A DNA stretch of 64,000 nucleotides. It comes from Podarcis vaucheri. Taxonomy: Eukaryota. Shown one piece after another: positions 1-11,300 of the stretch. The notes below the pieces were generated by a model. That model worked only from the letters and a program-made list of their open reading frames with translations. It did no database searches and was not told the origin of the DNA. Positions within the stretch are counted from its first letter, which is position 1. Each line of letters begins with the position of its first letter. The stretch lies in assembly GCA_965113315.1 (NCBI GenBank), contig OZ220363.1; one strand, written 5' to 3'. The translations under genes and the position numbers were made by a program.

Positions 1-1504
1 AAACCCCTACTGTGCCTTGGTGACAAGATACTGCTGGCAGTGTTCCCACTTGTGGCAGACAGCTAGTGGTGGGCTAGGAGCGGGACAGGATGCCATGCTG
101 AACTGTTTCCTGGAAAAGGGCTGTTGCGCCAGCCTAAAGCTAGTGCATAAAAACTGAAAACCTCCCTTGCGTTCTTGTCCTGGCTGCTGAAGCCAGCAGG
201 GCTGCAGAAGCAGTAGGGGATCCACTTACTGCACCTTGCAGGCCCCTTTTAGGATTACAGTGCTTGGCTAAATGTATACTTAGCTGGGAGCATGTCCCAA
301 TTGAACTCAACGGGGCTTACCTCTGGAGTAGAAATGTATAGGACAACACTGTAAAATAAGAACAAGAACATTTAAGGCAACATTACCTTCTGCAGAAAAT
401 AAAATAAAAGATTCACAGCCTAGTTTACAACAATGTTTCAAAATGTTATGAAGTTTCCTTGAGTGCATCTGGTGCAAGGATTATTTCTCTTCTTTTATCT
501 GATCTTCTATTATGGGAACTTCTCTCTCTCTCTCTCTCCCCCCCCCCCCCAATTTTTAACATTAATCTGAGAGTTGATGGATTTTATCACCTAAACCCCA
601 AATATACATTGGGGCAATATGTTCATTAAGTCAACCAAAAACTCTCAAAATAAGAAGCAAGCTTTCAAGTTGCCCCAAACTTTTTTTCAGACCTGATGGT
701 GAACAAAGTAGGGGGAGGGATTTGGCTGACCTTGAAACTATGGAGTCTGCATTTAGTCACAGACTTGAAGTAGAATGTGAGAGAAGGTAGCAGACATTAT
801 TAATGAAATTATATTATTATTATTATTAATTATTCTAGTTATTTCACTTTAGCAAATATCTGGACATTTTGATTTTTTTATCAGAATATAAACAAAACAA
901 TATTAAAGAAGTTTCTGATATTTAACATAACATGCACACACTCTCTGTGTACATAAATTGAACATATGACAGACAGAAAAACAAGGGGGAGGTGTGACTT
1001 ACAGTAATATGCTTACACAGAATTAAACAAGACCACTAAAAAGGGATCACAGGGGCTATGCATGTGCCAGGTCCTGATCCAGAAGGGACTCCAGAGTCTT
1101 AGCTTTCTTTCCTTTTTTAAAAAAGTAAGTCACCAGACATTTCTGAAGAAAGTTAGAGCATGAAATGCAGAGGCACTTTGAAGGCTTCTCTGCCATTGCT
1201 AAGGATGCTTAATCACTTAATCACTGTTGCTAGGCTATCAGAAGAAGAAATGCAGACCACTCCCACCTGGGTATCAGTGGGATTGCCCTTTCAGAGGAGC
1301 AGAAAAAGCAGGAGTGGATCATTGTTGCTGACGCTGGATAGAGAAGGATGTTAGGGTGTGTTTGTTTAAACAGTTTCCTTGGTGTCCAAATTATTTCATT
1401 CTCTGCCCAAGTGTGCTGCCTTTACATAATAAAACAACTGGGTGGTTTCCATATGTTCTACTAAAAACTCTTGACATAAATTAGGCTTTCTTCCTGTCAA
1501 GAAA

Positions 1505-1545
1505 GGAAGGAAGGAAGGAAGGAAGGAAGGAAGGAAGGAAGGAAG
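1505..1545. repeat. (GGAA)n microsatellite
   Basis: Directly visible tandem repeat. Confidence 0.95.
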
Positions 1546-2289
1546 GGCAATTGCAACCCCTGTTCTCGGTTTTCTATGTCCCCCACCCAGCCGTTACTGG
1601 TCTGCTTGCCATCACTGGGCTGTTATTTACCAGTACTGTATACAGTAACCAGAAGAAAAAATATATAATGAATCAGCAAGCACCTTACGGCTGCAGGTAG
1701 ACTGTACTTTACCACAAGAATGCTTTTCTGTTTATATGAGCTTTGCTGAGAGTTCTGAAAGTGCACATATTTGTTGCATATTGTGGATTTTACTCCCAGG
1801 AGATTATATCTGTGTGTACTGTTTTCCCTCTTTTATGTTCACAACTAGGTAGGCTGAGAGTTGGTAGTTCAGCCATCAAAGTTGTGAATCTGCACATACT
1901 CAAGAATATTTTTTGCTTGTTGATTATTTCTCAGGTTTGGCTTGCACTCTCTCTCTCTCTCTCTCTCTCTGTCTGTCTTTGTAAATATCAAGACTATGAA
2001 ATGTTGCAGCTAAAACAAGGGGGCTGCTGTGACTGATATTATATATTTGCATCTTTGTTTTCTACTCAGGAGCTCAAGGTTGTGCACACTATCCTCCCTG
2101 CCCCCACTTTTAGGATTAGCATTAGGATCCACCCTATTTCTGTAACTGTAATTTGTTTTTAACCTGTTTTTAACAAGGAATTTTATATTATTGTAACCTG
2201 ACAAGGGACGTTATGGTAAAGGGTGAAGAAGAAATCAAACAAGTCTAACATCCCTGTGAGGTATGTATGTATGCATGTATGCATGTATA

Positions 2290-2375
2290 CATACCCCGCC
2301 CACCTGGCTAGGTTTCCCCAGCCACTCTGGGCAGCCCCCAACAAAGTAATAATAATAATAATAATAATAATAATG
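2290..2375 (-). mobile_element. L2-family 3' terminal fragment with adjacent (TAA)n
   Basis: Reverse complement of the GGCTGGGGAAACCCAGCCAGAT-type 3' end also seen at 38930-39060. Confidence 0.6.
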
Positions 2376-3257
2376 TGATAAAACATAAACAGCACTTATT
2401 GAGAGTAGATTATGGGGTGGGGCGGCAATCCACATACAATGTACCAGACCTAGGAAATCCTGTTTGCATCCCTGGAGTTAAGTCCACTGGGTTAAATTGG
2501 ACTTATTTTTATGTAAAACTCTGCAAAGAATTGCAATCAGAGATTTAATCTGGATAGTAATGAAGAAACACATAATTTCTATCTGAAGTAAATTTCTAAG
2601 ATTTGGCTGTTATTTTTTTCTCTTGGAGTTACTGCTCTTGCAAGCAAGCATGCACAACTAAAGCACACACAGCTATAGGTGAAACACAAAATACCTTGAT
2701 TTTTAACAGCTAATTAGGGAGATGGGTTTGGAAATCTATTTAAGTCCTCCCTCCTGCAGTGTACTAGACACGCAAATTTCACATTTATGCATTAATAGCA
2801 TTCTGTGACTCATAAAGACCACATGCCACATGTTACAAACATTCTTGTTTGTTACCATCAACATTCTCATACTTACGTAAATAAAAGGGAGACATTTAAA
2901 GAGGGAAATAAATAAGGATAAATACTGGTATGAATATTGAATGACCATTGTTGATTCAGATCAATGGTGTGCTCAGCTTTAAGTGACAGTGAATCTTAAT
3001 ATTTTCTAATCAACGGGAGGATGCATTTTCCATGAATGCAAAAAGCAGATCAGATTACTAGCCAATATTCTCCCTGATCCTATGCTAGATCTAGCATTCA
3101 TTTAGCAGGAAGCTACTCTATTTGCACATCCTGTATCTTCTCCCTAATAGGGGAGGGATACAAAAAATAAGCACACCCTCTACTGACAATTTATTTATTA
3201 CAATTGGGAAAGCAGATATGCTTCTATTGCTCTGTTCACAGATCTGTGGTGTATAGC

Positions 3258-3441
3258 CAGTGCTTTCGTTCTAAAAAAATAAATAAAAATGTTCAGTGGT
3301 GCTCGCACTTTGACTCAACCATATCACCATTTTATAGTTGAAATCGGGAAAAATAAATACAGTAAATGAACAAAAGTACAAAGATTCACAAAATGTTTAG
3401 GGGTATGTGTACCCCTGCGTCCCTCCAGAAAAAAAGCACTG
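3258..3441. mobile_element. hAT-like MITE
   Basis: Ends CAGTGCTTTC.../...AAAAAGCACTG form imperfect TIRs; no clear TSD. Confidence 0.55.
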
Positions 3442-4266
3442 GAGAAGGCTGTGCATTTTTGTATATTTTTTTCCCTGAAGAGTATAGATATAAACACTAG
3501 CCATTAACCTTAGTCTTAAGGTTAAATCAGTAACATTTTTCATCTGTCAAATTGTGTTGCTTCAAGAAATAGCCTTCCTTCTTTAAAATAGCAAAACAAA
3601 ATTATGAATGCCAATTGCCTACTTTTAATCCTTAAGATTCATCCTTTATGAACACGAAAATATGTATTTTACAGATACAGTTGGGTTAATCAAAGAGACC
3701 TCTCTGCACAGTCCTGTTCTTTTTAAGCATATGAAAGCAAAGATCAATTTTGGAAAGTTTGAAATAAATGGTCAATCTTGAACTAATACGGGTCACCATG
3801 CAGATTTAGTACCTTCATCTAAAATAAATGACATATTCCTCTCAATTTCCCATTCCTAATGCCATTGCATATCCCAGTTTAGCACCCACCTATCTAATCA
3901 AGTTATGCAGTTACTTTTATTGAGATCAGAGTACCTCTGTGCTAATAAGCTAAAGGAGAGTAAATGCATTATATGTATATTTGGAAGTAATCTAATACTG
4001 TCTTTGGGGAGGAAATCCTTCTTAAGTTGACTGCAAAACATAGTCAGACTTTGCAAAAGAAAAGAAAAGAAAAAAGAGGTTAGTTTATGCATTTTACTTA
4101 CTTTGGTAATCTACACATTAATTTTTAATGCAATTGTACAAGCTGTTGCATTTCAGACTTGCGAGGGGGGGGGGAATCTATAGCCATGACTGGGTGACAT
4201 GGTGCATTAATTCAATGTCCTTCACTCCCAGGACCTTTTTAGTTCAGCTTGAAGAAAATAACTTTG

Positions 4267-4920
4267 GACTTCCGGGGTTGACGCGATCTGGGAATGGCGG
4301 ATTCCCTCCGAGCTCCGGAGGGAATCGGCTCAGCAGGGGACGGGTCTTTGCCGTGCCGGCGACACGGGGACCCTTAAAACCGCAGGCGCGGTGCCTGCGG
4401 ACTGAAGACTCGGCGGGTGCCTTAAGCGCCCCCCCTGATTCGCGAAGAGCCTTTTTAAAGGCTGCGGAGGGGATACGGGGGGTGGCGTGGCACTGAGAGT
4501 CCATCGCTACCTCTGCTGAGCGAAGCCGCGAGCCATGACCGGAGAGCGCTGACTTCCTTCCTTGAAATTCGGCTGAAAAAACAACCCGTGAGTAATTTGG
4601 ACTTGGCTTTTAAGAAATTTATCCACTGAATTTGAGACGATCGGGGGATGTGCTAAAAGGAAGTCCGCACCCCCCCACCTTGCAGACGATCTAGAGCAAC
4701 GAAAAAAGAACTAAGCTGGAGTGCCCACCCTGTAAAGGGTGAGTTTTAAAAAAAAAAGACAGTAACTTCCAAGATTTGGAAATTTTGAGCAGGAGAGAGG
4801 AGTGTTGGATGTTTTGTGTTCTGTTGTAAACAACCCCCCCTCCCGGGCCCGGGAGCGTCCTGCTTTGGAGCTGGTTTAAGAAGTGCAGAGTTTGACAGCT
4901 GTCAAAGCTGTCAAACGGAC
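4267..4920 (+). promoter_or_regulatory. CpG-island-like internal promoter/5'UTR of the retroposon
   Basis: High GC and CpG against a CpG-poor background. ETS-like ACTTCCGG at the start, YY1-like AATGGCGG at 4293-4300. Confidence 0.6.
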
Positions 4921-5084
4921 TGTTAATAGTGGAAAATTGCTACCTAAGTTACCTCTGGATTAAAAAGAGTTACAATTGATCTAAAATTGTTGGAAATAAA
5001 GAAACAATAACAAGACAAAGGACTGTTGGGGAAAAGAATACTAAGTAACCAGATTCCCTCTAGAGGGAATTCTGTGGAATTACA

Positions 5085-5681
5085 ATGGCTGTGGATGGAA
5101 AGATACTGGGAGAAATCGAAAGGATGTTCTATTTGGTTGGAATCTTACAAGAGCAGACTACGGCTATGAGTGAACAATTGATGACCTTGACTTCTGAAAC
5201 AAGTAGTTCTGCTGAATGTAACGAGGACCTCAATGAGAAAGAATCCACAGCTGAACCAGAAATGATAATAAAAGAAGAGGAGAAGACAAAACAAGAAAGA
5301 GAAGAAGTGATGTGGGAAAATACAGAGCAGAAGCTGACGCCTGTGGAATACAAACAAGGAGATTATTGGAGCAAATCTACTATAAATCCACGAAAGATGC
5401 AGAAGACGAAAGTGGAGGTCCTGGGAGTCTATGAAATTAAGGAATTTAAAATAAAGAAATATAATCGGGGCCTCCACATAGACTCTGACTTTGATTACCT
5501 TCAAGATTCATGCCTTGTGGAAACTCTTCAGCAGCTGTTTGCAAATATGGGAAGAGACTTTGGATTGATGGTGAAAGAACTCTTTCGAGATGTGACGACT
5601 GGCATAAAGGATTACCAACAAGACCGGCGGAGAGGGACTGAAAGAGACTGGAGGGCCTCGGACGTGAGGAACCCGGGCTAG
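5085..5681 (+). CDS. 198-aa ORF inside the retroposon; N-terminal heptad/coiled-coil pattern and acidic linker; function unknown
   Basis: Longest ORF in the window, good Kozak context (ACAATGG), purine-rich L1-like composition, lies wholly within the TSD-bounded element. Confidence 0.65.
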   Translation: MAVDGKILGEIERMFYLVGILQEQTTAMSEQLMTLTSETSSSAECNEDLNEKESTAEPEMIIKEEEKTKQEREEVMWENTEQKLTPVEYKQGDYWSKSTINPRKMQKTKVEVLGVYEIKEFKIKKYNRGLHIDSDFDYLQDSCLVETLQQLFANMGRDFGLMVKELFRDVTTGIKDYQQDRRRGTERDWRASDVRNPG

Positions 5682-7054
5682 GAACTGTTATTTTGGACAT
5701 GCTTTGGGAAGGGACGCAAACCGGGGATGGGAGGGAGGGAAAAATTAAGTTCTAACAACACTCATGATTATGGGATTTGGTTAAAAAGATCATTATTCAA
5801 GACAAAATGGGAAATCGTTGGAAGGGAATTGAGGTCCAACTTAGAAAAAAATAATTTTGTTTGTTTTTATAAAAGGACTAATATTAAGACAGGGAAATGC
5901 CAATTTGCTGACATAAATTTGGAAATGGGGATGCAAGGGAGGGGGTAGGGGGAAGTCAATGACCAGGGTTAGGAAATAACATTTTCGGGAAAGTATATAT
6001 GTTTGTTGTTGTTTTCTTATTTTCTTTTTTGTTTATGTGTTTATTTGTTTTTTGTGTCTTTGTTTTTGTCTATATAAAATGTGAAAACCCAATAAAAATT
6101 TTATAAAAAAAAAAAAAAAAAAAAAGAAAATAACTTTGATCTGAATGCCGTGGAGGGAAAGAAAGCTACATATGAAATGAGTTTTGCTGGGTTTAGTGTT
6201 GTTTCTTATATACAAGACAACATATGACGATAAACTGCTTTAGCATGCTACTGACGTGGCCGAGGATTAACAGCAGACTACTCTTAGCAGCAGTTGCAGT
6301 CTTACATATACATACACACAGAATTCCCAAACTACTGTCTCTTTTTCCATTGTCACACAGAAGTTGCACATAACATATCCCTTAAGAGTTTAGTCAGGAA
6401 AGAGGTAGCTTCTGATACTTGCTTCTGCTCATAGGAGCGTCAGTGGTCTCACACTTTCTTTGGTTTTGTACAAAAATGAAACACAATTTTCTTGATCATA
6501 AAATTGGTGTACCAGAGTTAGAAAATAAGTACATAATCTTGCAAATAAATGACTGGCTGGGACAACCCAGTCAGATGGGTGGCATAACAATAATAACAAC
6601 AACAATATGTGCTATTTACATCAAACATTCAGTGTTGCACCAACTAATCTGATGACAGGCCACAAACCTAATTTATGTAAGGGCAAAACACAGGCTAAAA
6701 ATGGATTGATTCCCTTGACGTGGCTGTTTGCAAAGCCTGTCTCCTTTTCTTCTTGCAATGTATCCTCTTTCTACCGCAGAGAAACATGATTAGTGGCAAA
6801 ACGATAACTAAACAAACTGAAACATTGGAACACCAGGGTAAGATTAACATTTTCTCTGCTTACACCTCTGAGTTATGTAGTCCATCAACAAGCTTCCTTC
6901 CTTGCTCATCCAATTAAAGGTCTTGAAACAAAATATTTAAAAATGTGAAATAGCTCATTATTTGAATGCTGATGCATTAGGGCAAGTGTTGTGGCATTTT
7001 ATTTATTTATTTCAACTGGAATGTTACTGTTTTGAGTTTTGAAATCTATAAAAT

Positions 7055-7430
7055 GGCTGATTTTGCATATCACAGCAAACCATGGTTTATTATGATGGGA
7101 AGCCACAGTGAGCCTCAAATTTGTGTTGCCCCCTTCTCTCAGTGTGGAAGCTTTTACTTCTGTTTCAGATTAACTATATTTAGTTCAAACTTGGTAGAGA
7201 CTGTTTTTAATCTTATGAAATCACTTGTTCCAACAAATTATTTAAGACTAATAACATGGTTCTGATAAAGCACAGTAATGCTAAACTGTGGTTAATCAAA
7301 AATAGAAATGAAAGCTTCTGATCACCTCACAACTGTACTGGACAATAAGTAGGCAGGGGGAGTATATATGGCACAAGGCGACTTGTTTGCATCACAATAA
7401 ACCCTGGCTTATTTTGACATCCAAATGCAC
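7055..7430. repeat. Old palindromic MITE-like dispersed repeat (AAACCATGGTTT family)
   Basis: Self-complementary layout; related copies at ~10260-10538, ~29710-29810, ~36455-36790 and ~38575-38710. Confidence 0.55.
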
Positions 7431-10400
7431 ATAGCCATTATGCTAGTAAAATAATAAAAAAGTGAAAATGGTTAACTCTAGTCAACTGTTCCTCCAACAA
7501 CCCTATTTTTAAAAGGGAGCCACTGATAGTCTGTATAGGTTATTCATAATGCCCTTAAAAACTAACTTCTCCTGTGTGTTCCCTGTCCCCCAATTAATAG
7601 AAGCAAATTACACTTCACAGCAGGAGCTTTCTCTGGAGGAAGGCACAGAGTGAGTGACCGACTAAAATCTGGACTATCTCTTTGAAGGGGTGGGAAATTA
7701 AGACACTTGTAAGGTTTAAAGAACCCAGCTCTACTTCAGAGAAAACTACATTTGTTTTCCAAAACTTAGCATTCATTTTTCCTTCCTCCCATTTTAGTAG
7801 CTCCAATATTCTCAAACCAAACGACAGAGATAATCAATGAATAATCATATCCAGAACTGTATATACTATGCTGATTGTATTAAAGCAAATCACTATCATA
7901 GTTTTGCTTATACGAATGATACACAATGATAAAACTGTCTAAATACGTTCTGCAAATTATAGCATTCAAGGTCGGCCAATTGCACTCTCAAAACTAGCAG
8001 ATAAATAAATGCTAGTTGATCTGTCTATGAATGACCATTAAGCAATGTGAGCAAGCATTTCTAGCATTCTGCTATCTGATTTAATAACTTGCAGAAGTCA
8101 TTATTAATAAAGGAGTATACATTTGACTTGCAAATACCATTTAATAAAATAGATAATCAAACCAAATTATTGCATTAACTTTGATATTTTTAACAAAGAA
8201 AAATGGCTTGAAAATTGATTTTCAATATAATAAACACATGAAGGGTTGCTTTGCTAATAGTGATACCTTCCTATTCACATTATTCTCTTCCCATGGGCAT
8301 TATTTTCCTCTCATGGCAGGTAAGCATTATCTAAGTAAGGTTAGCCAATAAAAATTGCTTTAAGCGTGTGTTAAACAGGACATGATGATGTTTATTATAT
8401 AGTGCTATATGGCCTTTTAAGCCGTGAGTTGTAACATTTGATGCAGTAATAGTTGGTCTTTCATGCACTTACTATCTATACTGCAGCAAATTCAACTACA
8501 TTATACTCTCATTACTGTTTGCAATAGTCTTTTAATCTTTTTATCATGCTTTTCTCCCCAGTTTTACACAAAACAGTAGTATAAAAAGCATCCACAGATC
8601 TCAGACATCATAAAAACAAGGGCTTCTATTCACTTCACATAGATTCATTAAAATCTTGCCACAGCAGCTAAACAGCAGCAGTGACAGCTAATCACTTAAG
8701 GACTTATACATTAACCAATCTCTCCCCCCCCCAACCCCGCCTCCCCACCCTATTTTCGGTAATAATGTTCAAGGCATGATTTAATAGAGAGACAGTCATT
8801 AAATACAGTTAACACATTTTACACCCAAGTTAAGCTTAGAAGTGAATGAATATTCACTTAAACATTATAATCAGCTTGGGCATTTTAAAATAATTTGCAA
8901 GAATGCTGGTTTTAAAAGTTGAATGCTTCCAATTGCCTTGGTAATCAGAAAACCTCAATAGCTGGATAAAAGATTTGCAGCCAAAACAATTGAGATGTGG
9001 AGTATGCTAATTAGAGGAATACATAAATTTTACAAATCATTTTAAGAGCAAAGAGCTATTATTTCATTTAGACCTTTACTTTGAAATAAAAGATGCAGAA
9101 GAATGCTTTTAGGAACCTTATACACAAACAAGCATGTGTATGGAGGAGACATTGCAGATTTCAAGCAAACAGCATTATATACATGTTTCTGTCCCTCTTG
9201 TTTCCAGTGTCAGTTGGACAGCTTCTTAGACAATTTTCTATTCATTACTGAACTGTGGAAAAGAAACACAGAGGTAGCATTTTCTTTTTAAACCATGTAA
9301 TGTCTTATAGCCAGATTCCAAAGCCTCAAGGAAAAGAGGTTTTTTTCTCTCTGCCTGCTAGACAAGCTGTCGTAATTGAAATGAAGTCTAATCAGACTCA
9401 TTACTGTTTTCAGCAATTTGCACCACCAAAGATGCTTATTAGGTAACAGTGTTTAATAAACCGCTCTTTAGAAAACTACCAGTAATGAGCTCTTAACAGC
9501 CAATCTTTAGCAGGAATGTAATGTGAAAAGTGTTCCTAGCACTGAATAGATTTTCACATTTAGTAGTGTCATAATTAAGCTCGAGGAATTGGTGGCTGCA
9601 ATGTTAGATTTACTGCAAGATAATCTACAATCTCTGCCCACCCCGCAAGTATATTTGAGAACACAATCTTTATATTTAAGCAAAATTACAGTTAATGTTT
9701 CCCCTGCAATTTTTAGAAGTATGTCAAGCTTTCCTAGAGCATGATAAACAGCATTCACTCAAAGGATTAAGGGTTGGGGGGAGAATGAGAAAAGGCATTC
9801 AGAAGGCAAGTTTGAGACATTCAGGTTTCACACATGTATTTCTTAATATTTATTTACATTTAAACCAGCTGTGCATACCCCTGTTACATGCTGAAAAGAA
9901 AACCCAGAAATACAAATAATTAAGAAATAGTCATGCCATTGCACTGAATGAATAAAACTTAAAATTTACTTAAAATTTTAATTAACTGAGCAATACCTCA
10001 AGTGCTATCAACCTCTAGCGGTTATTAAGCACCTAATAGCCACACTTGTAATACTTCAAAAGTAACATGCCAGCATATATTATTCATAAAAATATAGCTA
10101 TTAGTGAGATGGAGGGTTTTTAATCACCAGAAACGCCATGCAGACACAATGCTAAGCCCATAGGAGAAAAAAAAGCTTAAAAAGAGAGAGAATGACTGTG
10201 TTTGGCTAATTAGAAACAAGAGAAGGGATCCCAAACAAGATCCAGTACTTTCATTTATCTGTTTGGATGCAATGCTAACCCATAGTTTTGTATTATTAAA
10301 ATGACCCTAAGTGAACTTTGATCCCCTTTCCTCTCACAGAGCAATGAGAAGTTTGGAAGCTTTCACTTCTGTTTTTGATTAACCATAGATTGCTGCACTG

Positions 10401-10538
10401 TCCAAACCTAACAAACTGTGGTTAATCTAAAGTGGAAGTTTCTGATCATACCGTAGGAGCAGAGGGGAAGGGAAGGGAAATATGTGAGCCCAAGGCTTGC
10501 TGTGGCTTATCCCCATAGCCCTAAAACATGGTTTAGCA

Positions 10539-10837
10539 TAGGGTTGCCATACATCCAGGAAATTCCCGACATGTCCTCATTTGGGGGGCCAACAGGCCCA
10601 TCCGGGGGGATTTTCACATTTTAAAGGAAATCTCTGGGATTCGGGAGTATTTATTCAATTGTTTTTTTCGGGGGGGGCTTGGGCATGAGTGCAGGCAGCC
10701 CAGGCGCTCTGCAGGTCGTGGCCACTGCCAGCCCGAGCCAGGGAAAGAGAAGTGTGGGCGCAGCCACTGCCACCTGTGTGCCTTTTTCCCCGGCTCGGGC
10801 TGTCTGCCTTTTTGCTTTTCAAAATGTGGAAAGCATA
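10539..10837. mobile_element. Non-autonomous hAT element (TAGGGTTGCCA-type TIR)
   Basis: Left TIR TAGGGTTGCCA, degenerate right TIR, 8-bp TSD GTTTAGCA/GTTTAACA. Left end shared with ~39273-39730. Confidence 0.8.
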
Positions 10838-10859
10838 GTTTAACATTATGGAGAAATTC

Positions 10860-11300
10860 TCCTGGACCCTCATTAGACCAATTTGTTCTTGGCAAAGTAT
10901 GTTTATGCTGGTGGATAATAATGTGGAAACACAGAATAGACTGATTCTAGAATCTTTTAAGATCACCGTTTGGAGAGCAGGTTCTCATAAAGATGTAGAT
11001 ATTTTGTTTCCTTAAAATAGAAAGAATATGCTTGAGAGAGCTTTGGAGCTGGATTCTGTTTTATAAAGAGGACTATATATAAATATTGGAATCACTGGAA
11101 TGAAGAAGACTACAATAGACTTTTAAATTCCCTTGAAACAGAACTCCATAATACGATGTTAAGGAGAATTCCACTTCTGAGCAATTCTTGGAACACTTTT
11201 TGAAAATTCATCTTAGTCTCTAAATTTGAGTAATCCTAAATTTATTGGCGCCAATAAACTTCCATATCTGTTTACAGCTTTCAGAATCAATATGACTATG
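10860..11300 (-). mobile_element. Highly degraded LINE RT fragment (possibly RTE-X-like)
   Basis: Translation ...DSRISLFCVS...INILCQEQIGLMR resembles the RT motifs RPISLL...EQxGFR; boundaries uncertain. Confidence 0.35.

Larger units (their letters stand above)
4267..6125 (+). mobile_element. Full-length non-autonomous L1-type retroposon (HAL1-like architecture: 5'UTR + single ORF + 3'UTR + polyA)
   Basis: Exact 15-bp TSD AAGAAAATAACTTTG at 4252-4266 and 6124-6138. Starts GACTTCCGG with a CpG-rich ~600-bp leader. G-rich then T-rich 3'UTR, AATAAA at 6091-6096, A21 at 6105-6125. Confidence 0.9.

Noticed and set aside
3935-4075. Minus-strand exon after a T-rich tract
   Set aside because: Weak donor (GTACTC) and an unrecognised translation.
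4128-4504. 122-aa (+) and 86-aa (-) ORFs
   Set aside because: Both cross the insertion junction into flanking DNA and are explained by the GC-rich, stop-poor leader.
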